Positions 26,913 through 39,019 of a stretch of 64,000 nt of DNA are shown one piece after another. Position 1 is the stretch's first letter. Each line of letters starts with the position of its first letter. The position numbers and the translations under genes were made by a program. This DNA is from Bigelowiella natans CCMP2755 (Eukaryota; Protista; Cercozoa), in the NCBI GenBank assembly GCA_000320545.1, contig ADNK01003007.1, forward strand, positions 1 through 64,000, written 5' to 3'. The notes under the pieces were generated by a model. That model was not told where the DNA came from. It made no database searches and saw only the letters and a list, made by a program, of their open reading frames with translations.

Positions 26913-27849
26913 TTCTTGTGCAATGAAAACGCACAATGCTGCACGCAATGTGGAATTGAAAGGAGATCAAGCAATCTTGAAATGTTTCGTTAGCCTCGCA
27001 TCACTGGCATCAAATTGAAATTGCCAAACGTTGCCATCTCATGGATGCGTGCCATTTGTGGGATGGCGTATATGGACACATATATGTCCCTATAGGCGGA
27101 AAACCTCGGGAAACTCGCGTTGTCACTAGCTAGCTAGGACAATTAAACAGCAATGTGAAGAAACAGACTAGCAGATGCCACATGTGACACATGTCTGGAT
27201 GCGGTGTCGTGAAAGACACATTCATCTTCCCCAATGCAAAGCATGCCAAAACCAGCGCAGATTGCACAAATGATGGACACAACAATGTGGTGCACACATC
27301 ACTAGATCATCTAGATCATGTGTGCACCATGCATCATGCAAAACCAATTGAATGCCACCATGAACCGAAACAATGACACGAAACTGCTCACTGTAGCGGG
27401 AAAAGAAGAGCGTGGACCGCTGCGCGCTAGCGCGTGCTGCACCACACCGACAATGGGATGCAGATGCTTTCAAATGCGTGAAATACATGACAACGGAGAC
27501 AAATTGACAGACACAACATGAGTGCTGTAGTCGCTGCTTTGCACAGCTACCATCATTGCATTAGGATGGCAATTCTAGCATTGAAAAGATTCGCAATCAA
27601 TTCATTGCATCCGCCTCACATCTAGACATTCTGTGAGCTGTTTGATGATCTAAGCTTGGATTGACATTGGTCGCTGCATTGCATGTCAAAATTTGAACAA
27701 TGATGACAGACATGCAACATGATGTACATGTCTAGATGTGCATGTGCACGTGTGTGTTTACATACATATGTACATGTGCACACAACACACCACATTGCTG
27801 TGTCCATTACATTGACTCCCGTGCAGTTATGGCGCAAAGTGCTGCACGC

Positions 27850-28019
27850 CATGAAGCGCAAGGGAGCTGATCACAGTTCTTGATCCAAGCTAGCTAGCTA
27901 GAAGCAGAGCGCTAGCTGCATCGCACAAAGAGGAAGTGCGATCACATGCAAAACTGAGAAGACCATGCACATTTCTGTGAAGCTTCAAGGCCATCCTAGA
28001 TCGTCTTCCATGCCGCATG
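27850..28019 (-). pseudogene. Decayed inverted copy of the TM1 region of the neighbouring adhesion-GPCR-like gene, or of a close paralog
   Basis: The reverse complement catgcggcatggaagacgatctaggatggccttgaagcttcacagaaatgtgcatggtcttctc...ggatcaagaactgtgatcagctc aligns with 25369-25525 (catgcggcctggaagatgatctaggacagccttggagcttcacagcgatgtatatggtcttttc...ggatcaagaactgtgctcagctc). It has a TGG>TGA stop, indels and a (CTAG)n insertion. Confidence 0.88.
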
Positions 28020-28165
28020 ATTGTCTTGCTCTTACCTTGCTGACATTACATGTATGGTGCCGCAGGCGCGATTCGAGTAATGTGCATGTCATGGATAACT
28101 ATCTAGACTATATATCCGTTTCGGCGTTGTTTTCTACGGAAATCTTTCTGCTCGGAGGAGTGGCT

Positions 28166-29543
28166 CTATAACCTGTAAATTGGCATAAATTGTTTTCCGT
28201 ATTAACCATCAGAGAACGGCCATCATGTTCAATATCGCAATAAGCGTACATTATCACCAAGCGACTGACCTTTTGACTATAGACGTCAAATGCCCTGTCT
28301 TCATACATACTCTGCACGCACTTCGATCGGAAAGAATAGAACGACATCTGGAGCATCTCTTGCGCCCTGCAGCGAAGAGAATCAAGCACAATGAACTCAA
28401 CGGCAAATCCCGTCGAAACGAAACCAGAATATTAGATATTCTTCGTCAAATGGAAACACATGCAGGAGCATCGCACAGCGACTCGGCTAGATTTAGAATT
28501 TGCATGCGTCTAAACTGAGAAAAACCCAGCAATATTTGTCCTGCGTCATAGTATCACAACGTTTGTCGAGAAGGAAAAGTAACATGTAAGTAAGCCCTCA
28601 CAGCATTAAATTTCCTGAAAATGTAAACAATTTAGCTAATGCTAATTGCCACGTACCTTCCTGCCATGTCCACAAACCACTGCAGAACCTTTAAATAACG
28701 CAAATACAATCAACAATCAAAGACGCGGCTTTTTGCCGTAATCATGGCAGGTACAGAAGCCACTATTTGTACGTTTCACACAAAGTAAATGTCACACACA
28801 CACACACACACAGCCATTTCATTTGTGCATTAGTGCCTTTTTCTCCCCTAAGCGCATGACGATGCAGTTTCGCTCGTTGATATCGGCATATTTTTTTTCC
28901 TAATTCAGCAAATCGACCCATCTCATTCAAAGAAATTTGGGAGAGTATCAGCCAACATCGCTACTGCCCTCTCCACTACCCCCTCTTCTCATTGATTCTT
29001 CACCTCTCCTCTCTTCTCTTCTTTTTTATCCCTCTCTCTCTTCTTCTGGTGAGTCACGACCTCCAACAGCTTTTCATCTGACTCAATCTCGGTACTGAAT
29101 CGCTCTAGCGCAGTTTTAGCTGCTGTTTTGATCTGATGTGTATTCAGTTGTTGCAAGGCGAGTAGTAAGTTGTAAGTGACGCATCAGCATAGGATACGAG
29201 TTATGCATGAAACAACGCTTTCGGATACAGTGCTCTAACCGCACTCATCTGGGACCAATTCGGCGTGTTTCTTAAGGCGGGTCCCGTTGTACTTTTTGCT
29301 ATTTTTTTCCTCAAATTCTATAAATTGCCGCATATCGCACAAAACTGTTTTCCGTGCTGCTACTGGCTAAAATTGTAGCGCAGTAACCATTTCGAGCGCC
29401 TTGATCTCATTGGCAATATTGACAGGCCCGGTGCCCTCCAACGTTTCCTATAATTGCACATCCAAAAGACTCCTCAGGTTAGAGGCTGATCAGCTCGGTA
29501 GCTACTGGGATATCAGAAACCAAAACCATTGATATATACCCAT

Positions 29544-29583
<40 letters not shown>

Positions 29584-29904
29584 TCTTTAATTTGGAAAGC
29601 TTGCTCACCGCTGCTTCACGCTGCTGGGAAGGAAGGGAAGGACGATATCGATCGAGTGAAGAGGAATAGCATTGCAGTGATAGCGGTGGCAGCAACGTCG
29701 AAGACAATGAAAAAAACATGATCAATTGTTACTTTACATAGAGGGTAAGAGGGGGAGGACTCTTCTTTAAAGATATCATACGCTTCCCACTTGTTTGCTT
29801 CTCTCTCTTCCCCCCCCCTAACCCCCTCCCCCCCCTCTCCCCCTGTATCTCACAACCCTCATCGGCATTCTACTGCTATCATAGGCTTCCTTGGATGCCA
29901 CAAG

Positions 29905-29935
<31 letters not shown>

Positions 29936-30930
29936 ACGAAAACACAAACAGAGGCAAGGCCATACCCCATCCGCAAGTAGCAGCAGCTGATTCTCAGTCA
30001 TACAACAGACCCTGATCACGGTGTTTGCATGAGGGAAACAATAAATCAGATATACGATTCATCAACCGATGGGAAATTACGCCAAGATGCTCGTCTCCAA
30101 CCTTCGTTTATCTTCCTTTCTTCGTCGAGACCATTTTCATCATCATCATCATTTTCATCATCACCACCACCACCACCTTACACTCTCCTCAATACTGTCA
30201 AAATCATCAATGTCGTGTCATACAATCATCAGCCCATGCGCTTATGAAAATCACAAAATACGACGGGAGATGGGAGGAGCAGGATATGCTTTGAACGAAT
30301 TGGCTTGCAATTTCTCCCTCGCATGAAATCACAGAAGGAAACAAAACTCTTTCCCCAACAGCTGCTACGTGTAATGGTAAATACATCTCTCACCGGCAAA
30401 ATCCGAACATTCGTTGTGTTTTCTCCTCAAAACTAGCAGGCACCTAGATAAGAAATAATGGCGCACACGCGCGTGTGTTGAAACTCATAGTGCACACGAA
30501 CAGAGCATCCTTTACAATCTCTTGTATAGCATCGTCACCAACATTTATTTTACTAAGTAGTGATTGCCGTCAAAAGTAGCCATTAGTACTATCTTCTCGC
30601 ATATCCCCCCCCCCCCCCTTTCCAGGTTTACTCAAAAACCTGAAACTCCCTCTCAGACAGCGGGGACATAAAGAGCGCTCCGAGGATGTGACGTTTCCGC
30701 GATCCCTGCAAGGAAGAATGACGTTGCGCTCCCTATTAGCAATGGTGTTCTACGGCTGGCAGATGTTGTGAATACTGCTACTACAGCTAAGCGTTATTAT
30801 AACTAGTAATATCGATGGTGATTATAATGATGATCGTGGTGGTGATGATGGTGATGAATCCAATGCAATCTTGTTGATTGAAATAGCTCATATCCGCAAA
30901 CATAATCCATAGATATAATACAAAAAAAAT

Positions 30931-30970
<40 letters not shown>

Positions 30971-31451
30971 TTTATATATATTTATGCATATGTGCATGAT
31001 TACACACACGTACAGGAGTTGCAGCCTCTGCGCCATCCATGGTGATGGTCAGTACCGCCTCGTTGTCCTAATCCAACCAAACGTCAATGGCCAACGACGT
31101 GGACGCGCAAATCACAAATGTATATAGCTACTGCTACTACAATGCATTTCGGTGCATTCGCATGCTAAAGCGCCAAAGAGGGGCTCTCTCTCCTCGTTGA
31201 ACCAAACCACTCGCATCATTATATCAGTTTCACGTACAGACCTCATGGTTGTCGTCCAGTGCAAAACCGTAATTCACGAAGAATCTATAGTAGGAGAGGC
31301 GGTTAGTTCGTGGAGGGGGTTAGGGGGCGGATGGGGAACAAAGCTGACAATCCATGTTAGTACTGCACAATACGGAGCGAATGGCAGGATCATTGTCACC
31401 TATGGTTGCATTTTCGGCCGTAGCTATCGAAAACCTGATTACATTTTCATA

Positions 31452-31515
<64 letters not shown>

Positions 31516-31806
31516 TTACTACATCCATACTGATATCCATCGTCATGCCTATCCCAAATCATCGCCATAGACAAACTTGAATATGCAAGAAATGATGGCA
31601 ATATATTTCTTCTTCGTCTACAACATCAGCAACCTCCTCTCCCCTGCCAATAGGCGTCACAGTAGTAATGCTAAATCCCTGAGAGTCGTCGTTATAGCAC
31701 CACGCGGTTTCGCGAGGAATCTTGTGATTTAGCATATCTGCATACGGCACTAGTCCGTCCTATTGGTTTTCCAACGTCAGCGAGGAAGAACGATGTGCAT
31801 GCAAAC

Positions 31807-31851
<45 letters not shown>

Positions 31852-31999
31852 AAAACTCGAAAAACTAGATGCGAAAAAGGTTGTGTTTGATGGCAGATAC
31901 GTTCTTCTTCTCTCGCAGATCATACCGTCTTGACGCCGTTGACAGTGATGCCAAAGATACGTGTGATAATTACGAGGCGCGCCTGGGACCATGCGCGTG

Positions 32000-32078
<79 letters not shown>

Positions 32079-32455
32079 TATTTTGAGGATATAATGAGAA
32101 ACAAAAAGGGCTACAATTCATTCGAGGATGCGATCGATGATCACGTTTCAGCATTGTGTTTTGAGAGGAGGCAGAATAGTTCGGGTGTCCTCGTATAGTA
32201 CGATCATGCCAGCATAACAGTCGCTTAGTACCCAGATGAAGTCCTGCAGCGAGTGGCGTTTAAAGGATGGAACCTGGGGTGGTGGTGATGAGAAGACTGA
32301 CCGTTATTATTATCATGATGCAAGCAGCAGATAGCGCATAGCTGCTCTTTACCTTGGCGACGATGGCGTTGTATTCCTAGAAGGTGATCGTATGAGCAGC
32401 CCGCAGTAGCGGAGAGAGAGATTGGACAATAAATTAGATATAATTCTTTATTTAA

Positions 32456-32490
<35 letters not shown>

Positions 32491-33719
32491 GTAAAAGTCG
32501 AGTGCACGCATTTCTCACGTCTCTTAGGTGCTCGAGTCGCCGGGCTATTTTCCCCAACGAGAAGGATCTTAGCGACGATTGGGTTATTTGTTTTGAGGAG
32601 GAGGAGGAGGAGGGGGAGGAGGGGGAGGAGGAAGAGGAGGGGCAGAATGTTAAGAAAGACGATATTGACAAGCATATGACGTGCTGAAAAGGAAGTTAAC
32701 AAGGGAAGATATTCATGAAGAATAAGGGAAAAGAAGAAAGATAACTGTGTTCTTGCAATGATAAGAAAATCTCCTTAATGCCCTGAAACAGTGTTAATTA
32801 GTGCAGCATTGACTATCTATCGATGAAGTGCGTGCACGCGCCTACACAACCCTTTGAGCATCTTTAGGTATTTGTCGGTGAAGAAAAGGGGAATCGTCGG
32901 GAAGCTCTCGGGGAGAATGGAGATGTACGGCTCGAAGAAACTTCCTATAAAATCACCAAAAATAAAAACAAGAAGAAAAATAGAAGAAACTAAGCAATTT
33001 ATCTTAAAATAGGCACAGATTTTCCCAACCCATCCAAACGCACAGCAGATGGTAAATCTTCAACGTCATCACCCTCTCCCTCTCCCTCCCACCCCTTCAT
33101 GCTTTCACTCGCCTTTTCCTTTTGCCCTTTCTTGCAGAAGATACACCGCCAACCACGTGTGAGACGATTCAACATGTGCCTTTGTCCAAATGGAGAAGAT
33201 TCAGCCAAAAGCAGATTATACGACAACGCTACTTGCTTTTCTTTGCACAGCCTTATCCCCCCCCCGCCCCCCCCTCCCCCCCCCTCCCCCCCTCGCACAC
33301 ATACTTGCGTACACACGCAACGCATCTGACTGACTCAGTTTGACAGCACCCAAGAGCGCTACTTACGGTTGATAATAACACACCTTTGCTTTGGTGATGA
33401 GCTTGCACATAGCCGATGCCTTGGCCTGGACAGCAGCAAGGGGGGGTGGGGGGGGGGGAGATAAGGAAAGTGTGGGTATGTCGTTGTCGTTGTTGTTGTT
33501 TTTGTTGTCGTCGTCATTGTTGATTTTGAGTTTTGGCCGATTTCGATAAGGATCATGCAGCCACTACGACTACTATTACTACAACAACTACTACTACTAT
33601 CATACTACATATATGCGTCGTTCTATCACCATTTCAGACGTCATAATGAACTCCAATGGCACGAATAGAATCTGCTGTTGAGGCTCTAGCTCTTTTAGCG
33701 CATGTACCTTTGGTTATAT

Positions 33720-33753
<34 letters not shown>

Positions 33754-34186
33754 GGATGATGAAGAAGAAGAGGAAGAAAGCGACAACGCAGAGGCGGTGG
33801 AGAAGGAGGGGGGGGGGAAGAAAAAGAAAGAGGAGCGATGTTAACACATCGAGACGCTGTTGAACATGTTTGTCTAATACACATAATTTTGGGGAAAAAT
33901 GAAAATAATATGTATCTTTGAATGCACAAAGCGAGAACCAGCACTTTAGAAGAAGCAGACAATCATCGTGTGTTCTCGATTCTAAGGGCTTGTACGTCAT
34001 ATGCACATCACGACAACCCCCTTCCCCCCCCCCCCCCCCCACTCTTCCTTCCCCAACGTGTTTATCTCACCCCTCGATGGGTTTGCGAATATCTTCTCAA
34101 AAAAAAATCAGGAAATCTGGGTTGTAGTGTCAGGGGGGGCTATCAGTATTCGGGGTGCGTATGTGTGCGTGGGTGTGAAAGGATGG

Positions 34187-34236
<50 letters not shown>

Positions 34237-35902
34237 TCTGCTCGCTAAGTCGCTTGTGGCTGGATATTTCCCCTTCACAGCATGCGCTACAACGCCACCA
34301 GATTTATAGGAAACACGCGACGACGCTTTGTGTTCTTTGGATCGCTAATGGCAGTGTCAGGCACAGTCAATTGCCAGAGGTTTTTCCTCATATCGTTCCA
34401 CTCTCATCGTGCCTTCACAAGATTGTCAACGCAACAAGAATGCATCGATAGTTCAAGCATGCACGCTTACTTCGCGCCGCCTTTTCTCAGCCAATCCACC
34501 ATTTTGTAAAACTTGTCCTGTGAGTGGTGTTAAAGGGGGAGGGGGGGGGGGGGGGGGGGGGGTGAAAAACCCAAAAAACCAAAAAAAAAAGAATATTTTT
34601 CCCGACTTTAATTATTTTTGGCGCCCCCTTCTTTTGAAGAGGGGCCAACCAAAAACCGCCCCTTTTGGGTGTTTTCACGAAACCAACGAAAACCATATCG
34701 CCAAATGTACACCCCCCCTCGAGTAGTTTTCTGCCAGAAGAATTGCCAGCAACAACACACGGTCCAAAAAAATGTGGGGGGCCTATCCTTCGGGGGGGGG
34801 GGGAGAAAGAGAGAGTCGAGTCGATCTCAGGCGCAACTATATGATTCATGTAAAGTTGTTAGAGTGTAAAAAGTGCATTATTATACGATGTGTATTCGAA
34901 TGTAGAGATCGCGTTATCATTATACCGCGTCAGTGAGCAGTTTTTTCATCTGCGCCTACAAGGTAGAAGGCAGAAGAGTCAAGATCGGGGGGAAATGACA
35001 TCAAGCAGAACCATGAAAAAACGATTCAAGACAGCCGACCTTCCTCTCGTCGTGTTGTTTGCCCCTTTTCTTCTTCTTTGCGGCATTTGAGGGGGCTCTC
35101 ATCCCAGAGGAAGAGGAGGAGGAAGAAGCATAAGAGGAGCTCATATTGAGCTGAGCAAGGCCGGAAGTATAATACGAAAGCGCCTCCTCATATCTAGCAA
35201 TTCGGAACGGGGAAACGGGGAATGGGGGGGAAGGGGGGAGGACTTGTGGGTTGTCTGCGATCACTCGATTTAACATGCAGCAAATAGTGATATAGAATCC
35301 GAAATAACCGCATCGAACAGCTACGATTTAGGCACGAAGTCAAGAAAACGGCACGGGGCATTTGCGGGCGGTGCGTCCGTCCGCAGCTAGCGAGGCGATT
35401 CGAGATGCTCTTCGATCTGGCATGAGGGGGTTATGATGGCTTACTGCGAGCTCTTCTCCGCAGCGTATCCCAGTCTGAAATGCGCCTTCGGCCTACGGGA
35501 AGGTACGAGAGAACATCGTTATGAGTGACTGGGGTCATGAAGAGACGCATACGAGTTTATATATAATGTGTGCATATGCAGCGTGCGCACTCACCAAGTT
35601 GGATCTATCGAAACAGCAATCTTCGCGTCGTTCAGAGCCCGGCCGAATTTCCTGACGAGTTGGAGAGAAATGAGGATCATGAGAGATTATCACCAGCACC
35701 GCAGTGGCAACACCTATCTTCCTATCCCCCTCTCTACTGCTATCATAAAGTTGCAAAAAAAGAAAAGGTAGCAGTCTTCTCGCCATAGATGAATCTGTCG
35801 TCGTGTCTCTCTGCTTACCCCAGAGCACAGTAGGCTGCGGATCTATTCGCGTATAAAACCGCATCCTTTTTCCCATGACTGCTAATTGCCACGCCGTACC
35901 TT

Positions 35903-35943
<41 letters not shown>

Positions 35944-36481
35944 GCGGGGAGCAACATTAATAGTAGAGGCACTGTCCTGCTCTGCACGCAAAAAATTGTA
36001 GACAGCAAGACCGGGTAAATCCGGACAAAACAATGGGAAACCAACGCTATTCACAACAGAACAGTTCGCGGGATATTGCTATTGCGTGAAAAATAAGGAC
36101 GGTATTGCACATACATCTCCACAGCTTTGTCGAAGTTCCGATCCCGGAAGGCACAATCCGCTGCTTCCTGAGGGGCGGGGGGTGGGGGGGGGAAGGGAAT
36201 AGAGAGCACAGAGAGAGGAGTGAAAAGCGTGGACTAGATCAGCGCCTTGCCAGGCGTACTTTTCTAGAGCAGCGTCGAAGCAACCGCGCTTTAGAAACGA
36301 GGAAGGGGGAGGGCAGCATCGAGTTGAAGACTACCTTCGGGGAGTGATGTTTCTGGTCATTATGTTGCTTCGTTCTCGCCCTAATGTCTGCGACTGAGCG
36401 AGCGCTACCACCTGTCCCCCCTCCCTTCGAAAATCCCATCGCTGCCCCCCCGCCTTTGCGCCGGCGTCGTACGGAAGTCAT
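28166..36481 (-). CDS. TPR + SET-domain protein methyltransferase (SETD3/Rubisco-LSMT-like class) with a C-terminal LSMT substrate-binding domain
   Basis: TPR exons: EAADCAFRDRNFDKAVEMY, AVLYANRSAAYCALG|KFGRALNDAKIAVSIDPTW|PKAHFRLG, ARYEEALSYYTSGL. SET exons: YSQTHRG|VHALKELEPQQQILFVPLEFIMT, SFFEPYISILPESFPTIPLFF, FIW|ARLVIITRIFG...DGLVPYADMLNHK, VFDSYGRKCNHR|FFVNYGF. C-terminal exons: ALERFSTEIESDEKLL, RNCIVMRLGEKK|VLQWF. The exact stop and start are uncertain. Confidence 0.88.
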
Positions 36482-36736
36482 GTTGCAATCTCCCCTGCTA
36501 TGTATGGCGGACCAAGCACAGGGTTGCGTAGCTACTTTGGAAGGTGGTAGGGGGGTTGACTCGATCGAATTTAGAAAATATTTTACACGAAGAATATCGT
36601 AAGTATTTTTAATATAATAATAAAATTTAAAGTATGTAAATATACCTAAAAACATCTAAATTTTATGTTCTAAATCATCATTCTCTTAAAACAGGTCGCA
36701 GAACAACCGACTCCTCCTCGCCCCAGCTCCCCATCG
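36482..36736. promoter_or_regulatory. AT-rich divergent promoter region between the SET and R3H genes
   Basis: About 255 bp between head-to-head starts, with a strongly AT-rich core at about 36570-36690. Confidence 0.5.
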
Positions 36737-37389
36737 ATGCGCTCGGCTTCGTCGTTCTGGGGCGCGAAGGGCAGGCGCAGTGCAAACCCGCCATCGCACT
36801 TCCGAGAGAGAAGGAGATCTGGCCCGGGGAAAGAGGAGAAATGCGTAAATCCGTTCGACACATCCTATGGAGGGGTCGCGCCTATCAATCTAACAACATA
36901 ACACGAAAGATGAATGCACGGGAATAAGAAAGTAATTGCGTGCTTTTTGATCAATTACAGGCTGCAATTTTCGAAGCTCTTCGAGATCCATACGCGCGGG
37001 CATTTGTGCTTCTTCTTGAGGAGGAATTATCCCATTTTGTAGGGACAGGAGGCTCCAGTGCGGTTGGTGATAGCCGCGCAGCTACCGTTGTTTTGCTATT
37101 CCCTGCGATGAATAACTGGATGCGGCTTATCGTTCATAAAACTGCATCAAGGTATGATTACGAAAGCAGGGGTCCTCCATGCCACCGATGTCGTGGTTGC
37201 ATTATGCATTTATTTGATCATTGCTATTATTTGTACAATGCAAGGTTTCATCTTGAGTCGAAGTCCATAGGCCTGTCAGCATCCCGCCGAGTCGCAGTTG
37301 TAGGGGAGATGATGATGTTTAGATCATTGGGCAGTGTGCAGAATCGAGAGCCAGAGAGCGGGATAAAGAGACAGAGAAAGAGAGAGAAA

Positions 37390-37424
<35 letters not shown>

Positions 37425-38252
37425 TGGGGGGAGGGGAGAATAGACGGAGGATATATTCCGTACTGAATATATGCCAACATCCTATCACAGAGACGTCGCT
37501 CTATCAGTCAGTCCCACCCCCCTGGTGCTTATTCTCGAGTGCCGTTACTACTCTCCGAAGACCTGGTAGTTGGTCGAGCCAAGCGCCGGCTGCTGAAGGA
37601 GAGCGGATGGAACGTGCTCGCCGGCTTTAAACTGTTGACTTCGGACAGCGAACATGGCCATGCAAGAGCACACGCTGAAGCTCTCCTCTTTCCCACTTTG
37701 GGAAAGGAGAGCAAGGGGGCGGAGAGCGGGAGCAGCGAGGATGACAGGCAGCGCGAAAGGCTGTTCGGTTATACTGGGCCGTTGTCTGGTGGGAAGGACG
37801 GGGAGAGGGGTGCGGCACGGCAGCACAGGGGTGGTAGCGTTGGGGGATATGAGGAGGAGGAGAGGGGGAATGAAAATGGGGAAGAAAAGAGGAAAGAGAA
37901 ACAAGGAATGGAACAAAGAAGAGCACACCGCGGCTGCTCGGATGATAGCGATGACGATAAAAACCTCCTCAAGGGCTGGGGCGACGTCGTTTTCTTTCAG
38001 AGCTTCATTCGTTGGTAAGTAAGTAGTAAATGGTTTTGAGCTTATGGTGATGGTAGTATTAGGTGTTATTGGAGGGTATGTTCTAAAAGCACTCCCCCCC
38101 GAAGATAAACTCAAATAAGAGGCCTTGTATCTATCCTTTGCTAGGCCAAGGTTTCTCAGTTTATGGGAAGAGCATCATGGAGAGACCGCAGAGGCAATAT
38201 GACTACCACTAGTTTTCTATACTCTTCCTCAAGCATAAGCATAATATAAACT

Positions 38253-38291
<39 letters not shown>

Positions 38292-38987
38292 TACATTTGC
38301 CGTTGTGCAGGAAGCAGGGTGGAGAGAGAACCAAGATCTCTCGGCAAACGACGTTGGAACGTCTCACATCATGCTGCTAGAGCTGTTGGACACTTCATTT
38401 CTCCCCTCTTCCTCCGCATCCCCCTCCCCTTCTCCTTCCGGCCCATCAGCAGTCGATACAGCGGCTACGAAGGAGAGAAGCGTGCGAGGGGCGGGGGGCG
38501 ACGAAGAAGAAGAAGCATCAGACACCAAAGCTCTCATCTCTTTGATAAACAACTCGCTAAGTCGCAACAATAGCAATAGCAGCAGCGATTCTAGATGGAA
38601 TCGTCGTTCCAACCGCTTTTCAGAACGTAGCAGTAGTAGCAATAGAAGCAATAGGAGCAATGGAACTGCCGTCGAGCGCGTCGTTGCATTGCCTCCCTCA
38701 TGGACATGGCCTGGGTCCTCAAGCCACGATGAAGCAGTAGGTGGGGGGGGGGAGGGGGGGGCACGAGGAGAGCGACAAATGCAGCAGCAGCAGGAGCATC
38801 ATCGTGGAAAGAGAAGGAAATTTCTCGTCGTGTTCTCCTCTGCTAGGGATGCAGATGCTCTGCATCACTCTTCCTCCCTAGCAGATCGTTCTCGTTCGAC
38901 AGCCGATCGGGGGGGGGGGAAGCGGGGGCGAAGTGGTGGTGGGGGACATAGACGCCATTGGCCTTTTAGGTAGAGATATATCTGATA

Positions 38988-39019
<32 letters not shown>

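Noticed and set aside
27121-28019. Classical RIP or 5mC deamination as the cause of the TG/CA excess
   Set aside because: Those processes remove CpG or CpA and raise TpA or TpG from C. Here CpG persists, TpA is lost, and the alignment shows TA>TG/CA.
29170-29300. Intronic H/ACA snoRNA candidate on the minus strand (gggacc...ggtccc stem followed by AGATGA)
   Set aside because: The first hairpin is only about 35 nt with a 6-bp stem, and there is no convincing second hairpin. An Infernal/Rfam search would be needed.
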